Shown here: in pieces, positions 1 through 12,170 of the stretch | Numbering within the stretch: position 1 is the stretch's first letter | Layout of the letters: each line of letters begins with the position of its first letter | Source: Squalus acanthias | Lineage: Eukaryota | NCBI GenBank assembly: GCA_030390025.1 | Contig: JASTWF010000070.1 | Location: 558,001-622,000, forward strand | Direction of reading: 5' to 3' | DNA length: 64,000 nt | Translations under genes and position numbers: made by a program | Notes under the pieces: generated by a model | The model's input: only the letters and a program-made list of their open reading frames with translations | Database searches by the model: none | What the model was told of the DNA's origin: nothing

Positions 1-519
1 CACTGAATAAAGAGTGGACATTGTACACGGGCTGGCAATTAATGTAGTGACTCTGCATAACAATATTCTAAATGCTTTACATGGAATTACACAGAATATG
101 CAGCACATAAACAGACAATCGTCCCAACCAATCCATGTCGGCGTTTATGCTCCACCCCAGCCTCCTCCCAACCTTCCACATCGAACTGTATCAGCATATC
201 CCTCTATTCCCTTCTCCCTCATGTGCTTATCTAGCCTCCCCTTAAATCTATACTATTCTCCTCAATCAATCCGTGTTGTAGCGAATTCCACATTCTCACC
301 ACTCTCTGGGTAAAAAAATCTCTATTTGATTTCTTGGTGTTATCTTATATTGATGGCTCCTAGTTTTGATCTTCCCCACCAGTGGAAACATTCTCTCTGT
401 GTCTACTCTGTCAAAATGTTTCATAATTTTAAAGACCTCTATTCGGTCACCCTTCAGCCTTCTCTTTCCCCGGTTTGATGAAAGGTTTTCACTCTTCGCT
501 ATTTCTAGTAAAAATAGAA

Positions 520-1260
520 CCAGGGAATGTAAAAGATTCTCGCTACAGAGGCAAGTACGGATTCCTGCGGGTGAACTGATTTCTATCTCGGGATCAGCTC
601 AGTCTCGCTGGTCCCGGAGCGATCCGTTCAACACTGGGCGGTAGCGCGACCCGACAGATCAACCCAGGAGAATCGGCGCTATCACCGGGAGGACACTGGA
701 CAGGGAGAGACAGCAGACACAGCCTGGGGGAGTGGAGAGGGTCAGCAGCGAGAGAATCAGATGGAGAGAAAGTTCCCTTTAACAAGCCTCACCCAATCTC
801 ACTCACACACACGGGGCTGGTCAGTAATTGTCACTGCCCCGCTCCATGGTAAAGCGCCGGTTCTGCTCTATAAACAGCGGGGAGATTGCAAATAATGAGC
901 TCAGACAGATTAAATATCGGAACAGGAAATTCAGAATAAAATCAATCCCGTTAAACGAATACAATCCCGATTAGTCCCGGTGTTGCTGGCGACAGGGAGT
1001 CGATCCAACTGGTTTTGTGCTGGAACAGCGGGTCTCGGGAGGGTTCTCTCTCTCCCAGCCCAGAGCCTGACACCCGACGGCTGCGGTCAGGGGGTAATAC
1101 GCCACAGCAATAAAACCAGCAGCAACATTGAAAATTGTAAATTACGGTAAATGGGTTGGGATTGCCCCGGGGTCTCTCCCGCCGGCTTCATGCAATCTAT
1201 TTAAAATCGGATGGTGCCGACTCTGGACAATAGGAATAATTCCGCATACACTAAGGGAAG
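520..1260. promoter_or_regulatory. Conserved non-repetitive J-C intron block, candidate intronic enhancer, copy A
   Basis: Alignable with ~41700-42420 and ~59550-60290. Contains kappaB-like GGGAACTTTC (766-777, minus), octamer-like TTGCAAAT and ETS-like CAGGAAAT. Confidence 0.4.
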
Positions 1261-2251
1261 AAGTAAGGAATAACATAGAATCATACAGCACAGAAGGAGG
1301 CCATTCGACCCATCGTGCCTGTGCCGGCTCTTTGAAGGAGCTCTCCAATTAGTCCCACTCCCCTGCTCTTTCCCCAGAGCCCTGCAATGTTCACCTGTTA
1401 AAGTCTCAGTGTAACATAGTGACATATTCAGTGTCCACTGTCAGAATTTCACAGTGTAGCTCACAACTTTCCGCTCTTTCTCTCTCTTTCTCTAGCCGCA
1501 CCCGAATGATACCGGGGCATAGAGGGTAAAATTACTTGGCCGGGTTGCATAAACTTGCCTTGTATTCCCTTGAGTTTAGAAGATTCAGGGGTGATCTGAT
1601 CAAGGAGTTTAAAATGTGAAAAAGAATTCGATCGGGTAAACACAGAGAAACGATTTCCTCCGGTCGGGGAATCAAAAACCAGGGGACATTAACTTAAAAT
1701 TAGAACCCGGCCATTTAGGAGGGAAGCACTTTTTCACACAGGCTCGCGAGGCTGACTGGCCTCCTCCTGTTCCTCTGTCACTATTTTATCAATCAATGCT
1801 CCTGTGAGGATATTCAGCCCATCGTGCTTGTGCCGGCTCTTTGAATAGAGCTATCCAATTATTCCCACTGACCTGCTCTTTCCCTAAAGACCTGCATTTA
1901 TCCTTTTCAAGTATTTATCCAATTCACTTTTGAAAGTTACTATTCACTCTGCTTCCACCGCCCTTTCAGGCAGCGCATTCCAGATCACAACAACTCGCTG
2001 CGTAAAAAGAACACTTCTCCTCATCTCCCCTATTGAATGGGGAAATACTGTCAAACTTCATTTCAGCGCAGCATTATTCCCCGAGGCGCTTCAACAATTC
2101 CAATTCTGACCAGTTTAACATTTTTGGGGTATAAATAGATCCAACATCAAAATTCAGTGAATGGAGATTTCTCTGGCGCCCGGGAATGAAAGCGACTGTA
2201 AATTAATAATAATTGAAACAATGTGAATGATAGAATGAGAGAGTCACTTAC

Positions 2252-2601
2252 TCTCTATACTCAGGGCGGTCCCCGGTCCGAAGAAGTATCCCGTGTCCCA
2301 GACAGCACAGTAATAGACGGCGGAGTCACCGGGCACCAGGGTTCCGATGGTCAGAATGTAACTGTTACCGGAGGCGTCTCTGGAAGGTTGAAAACGGTCT
2401 GTGAAGCCGGTGCCTCGTTTGATGGTGCCATCATGCTTGTGATATATCACCCACACCGGAGCTTCCCCGGGTCGCTGTCGGTACCACCACACGCTGTTGC
2501 TGCTCACATCCCAGTTCTGCGTCGCCCACTGTAACCGGGCGGTCTGACCCGCGGAGACAGGATCGGATATTGGGGACTGATTGACGACGGGAACCGCCAG
2601 G
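2252..2601 (-). pseudogene. Ig light chain (sigma-cart/type I/NS5-like) germline-joined VJ exon, copy A; defective
   Basis: Reads LAVPVVNQSPISDPVSAGQTARLQW...WYRQRPGEAP...DSAVYYCAVWDTGYFFGPGTALSIE, then donor GTAAGT. No RSS between V and J. Acceptor ttgaag|gtgtc of copies B/C is replaced by ctgaaac (no AG). Cys23 codon is TGG (2526-2528). Confidence 0.9.
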
Positions 2602-2753
2602 TTTCAGTAAAAGAAAAAAATTAACACATTCAGAGAATTGGAGCAAATAGGATGTTAATGCCTCAATAAACACGGAGAGAAAACCGCCCGATTCTCGGTA
2701 TTGAACCGATTTAGTTGCGGATAAACCCGTGACTAAAACCATCCGTGTCTCAC

Positions 2754-2802
2754 CTGTTAAATGAATCAACAGAGCCCACAGGAGATGCATCGCTGGAGCC
2801 AT
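2754..2802 (-). pseudogene. Ig light chain leader exon, copy A
   Basis: MAPAMHLLWALLIHLT plus phase-1 donor G|GTGAG; 49 nt as in copies B and C. Confidence 0.9.
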
Positions 2803-2918
2803 TTCGTCCGGAGAAGTGCCAAAAGCCACCGTTCAAATTTCTGACTGAACCGTCCGCTGTTCCTGTAAACTACGGGACCCGGTCCGGTTACAGTGTCTGC
2901 AAACCCGAGACTCCGGGT

Positions 2919-2942
2919 CTATTTATTACCCGGTATGCAAAT
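2919..2942 (-). promoter_or_regulatory. Ig V promoter: octamer ATTTGCAT plus TATA-like TAATAAATAG, copy A
   Basis: atgcaaat at 2935-2942 on + (ATTTGCAT on the coding strand, light-chain orientation), ~135 nt upstream of the ATG; identical in all three copies. Confidence 0.85.
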
Positions 2943-4001
2943 GGCTGGGAGGGGCCAGGAAAAGGAAGGAGGCAGATTTTTAATTCGGGATTTTTATTTA
3001 AATCAATTTGTGCCTGACTAAATTATTAGAATCGTAAACCTTTCATTTAAAAATGTTTAAACTCCAATTGGAGTATCTGCTAAGCGAAGATTCCAAGATT
3101 TCGAAGATTTTGGCGTTTAATGAATATTTAGTCTGTGTTCTATCCCAGAAAAATGAGGGGCGGATTGTCGAGATACAGATCAGCTGATGCACTTCGGCCG
3201 GAATCGTTCTGATAACGCGCTCTTACTCTCTGATATACTGCATCAGATTTTAATATAATCTTTTCCCCCTAAAATAAATATTTTCACAATAGACTGACGT
3301 CCCTTTCTCTAAATCAGCAGCAAAACAACCCTGAATTTGATAATTTCTTTGAAATTGGTGTTTCAATTGAGAAATATGATTTGGGCTTCAGTCTGTAAAT
3401 ATATTTCTGATGAGAATATTCCTCAGGTGGAGTATAGAGCGAATTAGATGAATGAGAAAGAGGAGAAGAAATCGGCATTTTACATCCTGCCCCGGATTCA
3501 AGAGAAGTTGTTCTATTATAGTCTGAGTCGCCCTATTAAAACTCAGGAGGGCAAATAAAACTCGGCACAATATTAATAAAATGTCACCTTGCCTATAATT
3601 TACTGCGAGTCCGATTAATGCGCGCAGTTCCCGTTTTAAACCCTGTTCCAGTTGAATTATTAAGCGGCGGGGTCAGTTGTTTCTGGGGCTCTGTGGTGTT
3701 GAACACTTCCCCTGTTTGGAGTCAATCCCTAAATCCCCACACTGAGTCTTGGTTCATGTTTTTAAAAGTCAGATTGAAACTGGTTGCTGTCAGTTAGTTG
3801 AGGGCGAAAGAAAATTCATTAAATTGTTAATAAATGGGTTGGCTCGAGATATTCGCGTCAAAGGAATAATATTTTTTGTTTCATAAATAAATATTTGAAT
3901 TATGTAACTGTGAAGTTAGATATTTCCCTGTTTCTTAGAAAAACACACAGAGCGGCCGGAGGGAAACTTGCCCCCGGGAGTAGCCGGCACTGAGTTCTCA
4001 C

Positions 4002-4247
4002 CTGGACAAGGGGCTTTTCGGTGAAGCCCAGGCGCTTGGTTCTGTTTCTGCGCTTGAACTGATCACTGATTCCTCTGGTCTGTTAAAATTAGTAAAGGGG
4101 CTTTTGTGCTTTGACTGGAGCTGCTCTCTCAACCTTGCACAGGGACCAAGAGCTTTGTCACTGCTAACAGTGACACGGCTGAATGGAGAATCAATCATTG
4201 CAGAGCACTGGCCACACAGCGCATTGCACCTTGGGAACTGTAGTTCC
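4002..4247 (-). promoter_or_regulatory. Upstream ZNF143/Staf-type motif, CCAAT-like box and putative non-coding first exon, copy A
   Basis: ACTACAGTTCCCAAGGTGCA at 4225-4247 (minus) and donor CAG|GTGAG at 4002; homologous in copies B and C. Confidence 0.45.
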
Positions 4248-4250
4248 ACA

Positions 4251-6340
4251 CAGAATGCAACAGTTATACACTCCATTCTGACGCAAAAACACAAAAGGAA
4301 AAGCGGCCCAACCATGGCTAACAAAAGAAATTAAGGATAGTATTAGATCCAAAGAGGAGTCATATAAATGTGTTAGAAAAAGAAGCAAGGCTGAGGATTG
4401 GGAGCATTTTAGAATTCAGCAAAAAAGGACCAAGAGATTGATTAAGAGGGGAAAAATAGAGTATGAGAGCAAAATTGCAAGGAACATAAAAGCGGACTGT
4501 GAAAGCTTCTACAATTATGTAAAAATAAAAAAGATTAGTGAAGACAAATTTAGGTCCCTTACAGTCAGAAACGGGAGAATTTATAATGAGTAACAAGGAA
4601 GTGGAAAGCAAGTAAACAAATACTTTTGTTCTGTCTTCACGGAAGAGGACACAAATAACTTCCCAGAAATGCTAGGGAACGAAGGGTCTAGTCAGAAGGA
4701 GGAATTAAAGGAAGTTAGTATTCGTAAAATAATAGCGCTGGGGAAATTAATGGGACTGAAAGCTGATAAATCCCCAGGGCCTGATAATTTGCATCCCAGA
4801 GTACTAAAAGAGGTAGCCATGGAAATAGTGGATGCATTGTTTGTCATCTTCCAAAATTCTATAGATTATGGAACAGTTCCTGCAGATTGGAGGGTAGCAA
4901 TTGTAACCCCACTATTTAAAAAAGGAGGGAGAGAGAAAACAGGGAACTAAGACCGGTTAGCCTAACATCAGTAGTAGGGAAAATGCTAGAGTCTATTATA
5001 AAGGATATGATAACAGGACACTTAGAAAATATCAATGGGATTAGACAAAGTCAACATGGATTTATGAAAGGGAAATCGTGTTTCACAAACCTACTGGAGT
5101 TTTTTGAGGATGTAACTGGTAGAATAGATTAGGGAAAACCAGTGGATGTGGTGTATTTGGATTTTCAGAAGGCCTTTGATAAAGTCTTACATAAGAGCTA
5201 ATGTGTGCAGAATTAAAGCTCGTGGAACTGGGGGTAATATACTGGCAAGGATAGAAAATTGGTTAACAGAGAGGAATCAGAGAGTTGGACTAATTGGGTC
5301 TTTTTCGGGGTGGCAGGCAGTGACTAGTGGGGTACCGCAGGGATTAGTGCTTGGGCCCCAGCTATTCACAATATATATCAATGATTTGGATGAGGGAACT
5401 AAATGTAATATTTTCAAGTATGCTGACGACACGAAACTAAATGGGATTGTGAGTTGTGAGGAGGATTTAAAGAGGGTTCAAGACGATTTAGGCAAGTTGA
5501 GTGAGTGGGCAAATACATGGCAGATGCAGGTGGATAAATGTGAAGTTATCCACTTCGGTACGACAAACAGAAAGGCAGAGTATTATTTAAGTAGTGATAG
5601 ATTGGGAAATGTTGATGTACAAAGGGACCTGGATGTCCTTGTACACCAGTCACTGAAAGCAAACATGCAGGTGCAGCAAGCAGTTAGAAAGGGAAATGGT
5701 ATGTTGGTCTTCATTGCAAGAGGATTTGAGTAAAGGAACAAGGATGTCTTACTACAGTTATACAGGGCCTTGGTGAGACCACACCTAGAGTACTGTGTGC
5801 AGTTTTGGTCTCCTTGTCTAAGAAAGGATATACTTGTCATAGAGAGAGTGCAGCGAAGGTTCACCAGACTGATTCCTGGGATGGCAGGACTGTCGTATGA
5901 GAAGAGATTGGGTCGACTAGGCCTGTATTCACTAGAGTTTAGAAGAATGAGCGGGGATCTCATTGAAACGTATAAAATTCTGACAGGGCTGGACAGACTG
6001 GATGCAGGGAAGATGTTTCCCCTGGCTGGGAGGTCTAGAACGAGGGGTCACAGTCTCAGGATACGGGGTAGGACATTTAGGACTGAGATGAGGAGAAATT
6101 TCTTCACTCCGAGGGTGATGAACCTGTGGAATTCTCTACCACAGAAGGCTGTGGAGGCCAAGTCACTGAATATACTTAAGAAGGAAATAGATTGATTTCT
6201 AGACACAAAAGGCATCAAGGGTTATGGGGTGAGAGCGGAAATATGGTATTGAGATGCAGGATCAGCCATGATCATATTGAATGGCAGAGCAGGCTCGAGG
6301 GACCGAATGGCTCCTATGTTTCTATGTTCCTATGTTTCTA
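4251..6340 (+). mobile_element. 5'-truncated CR1-clade LINE (ORF2 RT), degenerate
   Basis: KSPGPDNLHPRVLKE, VTSGVPQGLVLGPQLFTIYINDLD, YADDTK, VRPHLEYCVQFWSP; stops and frameshifts; (ttcctatg)n-like tail. Confidence 0.92.
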
Positions 6341-6384
6341 TGGCCAATAGCCAAGTCAGCGTGTCTATTGACACCACTGTGTCA

Positions 6385-7330
6385 GATCTACCTCACCACC
6401 ACCTCTCTCGACCCATCCACTGTCTCTAAATTGTCACACTGCTTGTCCAACATCCAGCACTGGATGAGCAGAAATTTACACCAACTAACTATTGGGAAGA
6501 CCGAAGCCACTGTCTTCGGTGCCCGGCACAAATTCCGCTCCCTCGCCATGGATTCCATCCTACTCCCTGGCAGAAACAGAATGTTCACAACCTTGTTGTC
6601 ATATCTGACCCTGAGATGATCTTCGGACCACATATCTGCACCATAACTAAGACTGCCTATTTCCACCTCTGTAACATCGCCCATCACCGGCCTTGCCTCA
6701 GCTCATCTGCAGCTGAAACCCTCATCCGTGCCTTTGTGACCTCTAGACTTGTCTATTCCAAAGCACTTCTGGCCGGCCTCCAACATTCCAGCCTACTTAA
6801 ACTTGAGGTCATCCGAAACTCGGCTTCCCGTGTCCTTATTCTAACCAATACCTGTTCAATCATCACCCCTGTGCTCGCTGAACTACATTTGTTCCCGAGT
6901 AAGCAACACCTCGATTTTAAATGTCTCATCCTTGTTTTCAAATTCCTCCATGGCCACACTATCCCTATCTCGGTAATTTCCTCCAGTCCCACAACCCTGC
7001 GAGATATCTGTGCTCCTCTAATTCTGGCCTATTGGACATCCCCAGTTATAATCTCTCAACAATTGCCGGCTGTGCTTTCAGCTGCCTGTGCCCTAATCTC
7101 TGGAATTACCTCCGTAAATCTCTCCACCTCCCTATCTCTCTCTCTCCTCCTCTAACACGCTCCTTAAAACCTACATCTTTGACCAAGCTTTTGGTTATCT
7201 GCGCTAATATATCGTTAGTTCTTACGTGGCTTGGAGTAATTTTTTTCTCAAAATGCTCTTGTGAAGCACCTTGCGACATTTACTACATTAAAAGCGCTAT
7301 ATAAATACCAGTTGTTGTTGTTGTTGTTGG
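6385..7330 (+). mobile_element. L2-clade LINE 3' fragment
   Basis: CLSNIQHWMSRN, AETLIRAFVTSRLVYSKALLAG motifs; (ttg)n tail. Confidence 0.8.
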
Positions 7331-7514
7331 AGTTGGATTGGGGCTTAAGGCAGGACTCACAGCAAACAGCCTGTTTTACAGCAAACAAAGTTTATTTGCT
7401 CAGCAATCAGAGTTTAATTAAGCAGCGCAGTACAGCAAACAGTCTACAGAGTCTATTTAAAAAGAGTCTTTACGAACTACAGCAAATAGAATTCCTGACG
7501 CAAACTACAGCAAC

Positions 7515-7605
7515 TCTCCCTCTCTCACTGTGTCTCTCTGACTCTTTCTCTCTGTCTCTCTCTTTCTCTCTCTCTCTGTCTCTCTCTTTTTCTCTCTCTC
7601 TCTCT
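7515..7605. repeat. (CT)n-rich microsatellite
   Basis: Visible ctct/ctgt runs. Confidence 0.9.
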
Positions 7606-8344
7606 GATAGCTCAGCGAACATGCGCAGGAAGTACAATGAGACATAGTTTACAATTTTGCTTTGATATTGTGATTCACACACATCTAAAAACTTAATCAT
7701 GATTCTGGAAACAAAAATTGGGGAATAAGCATCATTCAATCAACAATGTTCGCGACAACAAATTTTTCAATTAAATGCAAGCAATGGTTACACACAAAAC
7801 CATCATGAATTAATAGAAAGGTGTGTTCCTGCCATCAGGCAATGAATGCTAAACATATCCATTGAATGTAAACCTTCCTTTGCAAACGCCAGTAATGCTA
7901 ACAAATTTCAGCAGAAAAGATCTCTGGAAATTTCTCCTCAACTCCCTTACACCATCAAGCAAGCTCCAGCAGAACATGGTTACCAACATTTCCAGTTATA
8001 CTTAATATACTTTCGACTTACTGCCATGTGTCATTACTGTACATTTCTCAAATTGTCGAATAGAATAGATTTCTGCAACACTTTCTATTGCACAAGGTGT
8101 AGGTTGTCTTTAAACACACGCGTACAGATACCGGTAGGCATTCATTTATTGTAGATTGCATTTTATTCCCAAGAACAATTTTTAGAAAACTTCTCCCAGA
8201 TATCATTGGAGGGGTTCAGGCCTTCCCAAGTATGGCCAGGTGTTGGTCGGTTCAGTAGTGGATTTTCTGTCCTCAAATGGCCTTGTGGTTGAAATGTCTG
8301 TTTGGAGAGTGTGCAATTCAGCAGTTACACAATATAATTACCTC

Positions 8345-8735
8345 TCCTCTTCGCCTCTGAGTCAGAAGGTAGTGCGTTCAAGTCCCACTCCAAAGGTTTG
8401 AGCACATAATCCAGGCTGATAACCCAGTGCCAGTACTGAGGGAGAGCCGCACTGTCGGAGGTGCCGCCTTTCGGATGACACTTTAAGCCGAGGCCCGATC
8501 TGCCCTCTCAGGTGGACGTAAAAGATCCCACGGCACTATTTCGAAGAAGAGCTGGTGTTCACCTGGTTAAAATTTATCCCTCAACCAACATCACTAAAAC
8601 AGATTATCTGGAAACCATAACGTTGCTGATTGTGGGAGCTTGCTGTGCGCAATATGGCTGCAGCGTTTCCTATATTACAACAGTGTCTACACTTTAAAAG
8701 TATTGCCTTGTCTCTAAGCGTTTTGGGACATCCTG
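8345..8735 (+). mobile_element. tRNA-headed shark SINE (SacSINE1/DeuSINE-like)
   Basis: B-box-like gttcaagtccc, body cagtactgagggag...gtgggagcttgctgtgcgc; recurs at 10650, 21123, 34010 and 46575. Confidence 0.75.
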
Positions 8736-9249
8736 AAATCTGGACTGGGAGTTGGACCCTCAAATTTCCAAGTCAAGAAGCGAGAGTGCTAGCAACTGCA
8801 CCACTGCTAACATCTGAACAAGCAGTGGTTTACTTATCCTAGTTCAGTGTGAATCACTGGATCACATCTGGGGAAGAACACGGTTTCCCAATCTTTTATT
8901 TCAGAAATATAACGGGCGTGAACAAAACCTCTCAAGAAACAAGCAAAATTAATGTACCGTTAATCAATCACTCCCGTTTACTTAATTAGCCTAAGGTAAA
9001 AGGGTCAGAATGCACAGTACTCCGAATGGTGGGGCCTGGTTTTAATATGCACTGAATGGAAACACGCGACACAGCGCCCCTAGCGGCCAACATAAATATA
9101 CACTAAAATCAAGAATTCTTTGAGGGACCTGCTGGCCAATTAGGAGGTAGGATGTTTGGACACATATTTATCGTATCCAGCATCAGCAATCCTCTTCTCA
9201 TTCAAAAAAAATGACGGAATCTAATTACAAAATAACAATTGATCAATTC

Positions 9250-9700
9250 CAGGGATGAGGGACTTCAGTTACATGGATAGACTGGAGAAGCTGGAGTTGT
9301 TCTCCTCAGAGCAGAGAAGGTTGAGATTAGATTTGATAGAGGTGTTCAAAATCATGAGGGGTCTAGACAGAGTAGATAGAGAGAAACTGTTCCCAATGGC
9401 GGAAGGGTCGAGAACCAGAGTACAGAGATTTAAGGTGATTGGCAAAAGAAACAAAGCGACATAAGGAAAATGTTTTTTACGCAGCGAGTGGTTAGGATCT
9501 GGAATGCATTGCTTGAAAGGGTGGTGGAGGCAGACTCAATCATGGCTTTCGAAAGGGAGTTGGATAAGTTCTTGAAGGAAAAACTACGGGGAAAGGGCGG
9601 GGGGTGGGACTAGCTGAAGTGCTCATGGCAGCGAGCCGGCATGGGCTCCATCGGCCGAATGGCCTCCTTCTGTGCTGTAACCATTCTATGATTCTATGAT
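9250..9700 (+). mobile_element. CR1 LINE 3' fragment
   Basis: RLEKLELFSSEQRRLRLDLIEVFKIM; (attctatg)n tail. Confidence 0.8.
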
Positions 9701-9802
9701 TCTAAACTTCTAGTACATTGTTCTAATTTAGGAAAACTTTTTTAATGTTTGCGTGCGGGAAGTTTACAACTAACTGGCCACTAACTGCTGCTACAGTCAC
9801 AG

Positions 9803-10640
9803 TCATAGAGTCATACGGCACAGAAGGAGGCCATTCGGCCCATCGAGTCCGTGGCCGCTCTCTGAAGACCAATCCAGTCAGTTCCATTCCCCTGCTCTAT
9901 CCCCATAGCTGTGCAAGTTTATTTCCCTCAAGTGTCTCTCCAGACTCCCCTTGAAAACATTGAGTGTCTCCGCTTCCACCACTTCCGTCGGCAGCGAATT
10001 CCAGGTCCTCACCACTCGTTGTGTAAAACAATTTTTCCTCACATCCCCCTGTATCTCTTGCCCAAAACCTTAAATCTGTGACCCCAATCCTTGTACCATC
10101 AACTAGTGGGAACAGCCTTTCCCCGTCTAGCCTATACAGTGCCACCAGTCAAGGCAAAAAGTGTAGGAAAATACGAGACCAGAAAGTCCTCGTTGTTTAA
10201 TGTTAGTTGCACACTGCCATCGAACTGATACACTGGATTATCTTTATAATATGCAAAGCGGTGTTTGAAAAAGCAATACCTTCTACGTAAATCCTGGCGA
10301 GCGCAAAACGATAGGAACATAGGAACAGGTGGAGGCCGTTCAGTTAGATCACTGCTGATCTGTATCTTAACTCCATCTACCCTTCCTGGTTCCTTAACCC
10401 TTAATACTCTTACCCAACAAAAATCTATCAATCTCAGTTTTGAAATTTTCAATTGACCCCCAGCCTCAACGCTTTTTGGGAGAGGGAGTTCCAGATGATT
10501 TTCACTGCACTTTTAGTGAAGAAGTGCTTCCTGACATCACCCCTGAACGGCCTGACTCTAACTTAAGATTATGCCCCCTTGTTCTGGACCACCCCCACCC
10601 CCCCCCCCCCCCCACCAGATGAAATATTTTCTCTCTATCG
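9803..10640 (-). mobile_element. Two CR1 LINE 3' fragments
   Basis: Reverse complements of the CR1 3' end (ggccattcggccc; ttttcaattgacccccagcc). Confidence 0.7.
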
Positions 10641-10647
10641 AAATGGA

Positions 10648-11095
10648 GTCAGCTGTGGCCGAGTTGCTAGCACCCTCGCTTTTGAGTCTGAAGGTTGTAG
10701 GTTGAAGTCCCACTCCAGAGACTTGAGCCCAAAAATCTTGGCTGACATTCCAGTGCAGTGTTGAGGGAGCGCTGCACTGTCATAGCTGCCGTCTTTCAGA
10801 TGAAGCATTAAACTGAGGCCCTGTCTGCCCTATTAGGTTGACGCAAAAGATGCAATGACAATTATTCAAGGAAATGCAGGGGAGTTCACGCTGGAGTCCT
10901 GGCCAATATCTATCCCTCATCCAGAATCACTAAAAAGCATACGATCTGGTCATTATATCATTGGACTTTGTGGGAGCTTGCTGTGTGCAAATTGTCTGTT
11001 GCGTTTCCTACATACAACGGTGACTACACTTCAAAAAGTACGTCATTGGCTGTAAAGCGCTTTGGGACGACCAGTGTTGGTGAAATTCAAGTCTT
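10648..11095 (+). mobile_element. tRNA-headed shark SINE
   Basis: Same head and body as 8345-8735. Confidence 0.75.
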
Positions 11096-11899
11096 TTTAT
11101 TTTCTATCAACTTTAATATTCTTAAACACCTAGTTTGAGATAGCTTAGGTGTTTGTTGAGAGTCTCTGGGACTTTACATTGCAAGTTAAATTACTGTTTC
11201 CGCCTGCTGTGGATTCTTTCGTAAATCTCATGTATCCCATTCGAGTTCGCGTCTCTTTCCCGCCTTCTTTTTTGATGACATTTTCAATGCAGCAAAATCC
11301 GTCGATGTGTCGAGTCTGGTCACGCGGGCCTCCCCGAGCCTGGAAAACATATTAAAACAAGAAAATATATAGATATTTAAATCGTGTTTATATCAGCTTA
11401 CTCGTTCTCCATCAGACCCGGATCTGGTTTACTGTTTATCGGCAACAGTAGACGGATATTAGTCATAAATAATCTCTAATTAGAAACCAACAAGATTCAT
11501 TTTAAAATCAAAGTATCCATTCAGACAACTGCACTGTTTGTCTGGTTGACACGTCCACTCAATCCAATCAGCCGTTTCATCATACGCCATCTGCCAGGAG
11601 AAGTGATTCCAGGGACAAGGGGCATAGTTCCGAATAATGGACCCAGGTCATTGGTTTAAGAGAATGGAAACTGCGGCTATGGCGCCCCTACCGGCAAGCG
11701 AAGAGTCTGCGTGTGCCTGGGGCATCAATGAAAAAGCTGTTTGCCAGTTCGGAGGGCCCAGCACGCTGCTTCGTGGCGTAGACAGATAGCAACAGCTTCC
11801 CGTCATAGCACACATAAATGTACAGATGCAAAAACACATACACGCACTTACATGCACACATACATACACACAAACACATACACACATAAACATACGCCC

Positions 11900-12170
11900 A
11901 GTAGGACAAAGGCAGCAGGCGTATGGGAACACCACCACCTCCAAGTTCCCCTCCAAGTCACACATCCTGACGTGGAAATATATCGGCCGTTGCATCATCG
12001 TCGCTGGGTCAAAATCCTGGGACTCCTTACCAAACAGCACTGTGGAACACCTTCACCACACGGACTGCAGCGGTTCAAGAAGGCGGCTCACCACCACCTT
12101 CTCAAGGGGCAACTAGGGATGGGCAATAAATCCTGGCCTTGCCAGCGACGCCCACATCCCGTGAATAAAG
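11900..12170 (+). mobile_element. LINE-derived 3' end repeat flanked by CA-rich tracts
   Basis: gggaacaccaccacctccaagttccc...gggcaataaa...gcccacatccc; recurs at 13425-13835, 14200-14880 and 29090-29200. Confidence 0.65.

Noticed and set aside
594-785. 63-aa intronic ORF repeated at 41781-41972
   Set aside because: TTG start, not reported for copy C, no recognisable domain; similarity follows from segmental duplication.
1450-1490. CACAGTG heptamer in each J-C intron (also 42656 and 60469) as an RSS
   Set aside because: No ACAAAAACC-like nonamer at 12- or 23-bp spacing and no adjacent coding segment.
3998-4324. ORF conserved in three copies as a protein gene (also 45391-45651 and 63466-63786)
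   Set aside because: No shared ATG, its start lies within a LINE in A and C, and no domain is recognisable; better explained as a duplicated promoter/non-coding exon.
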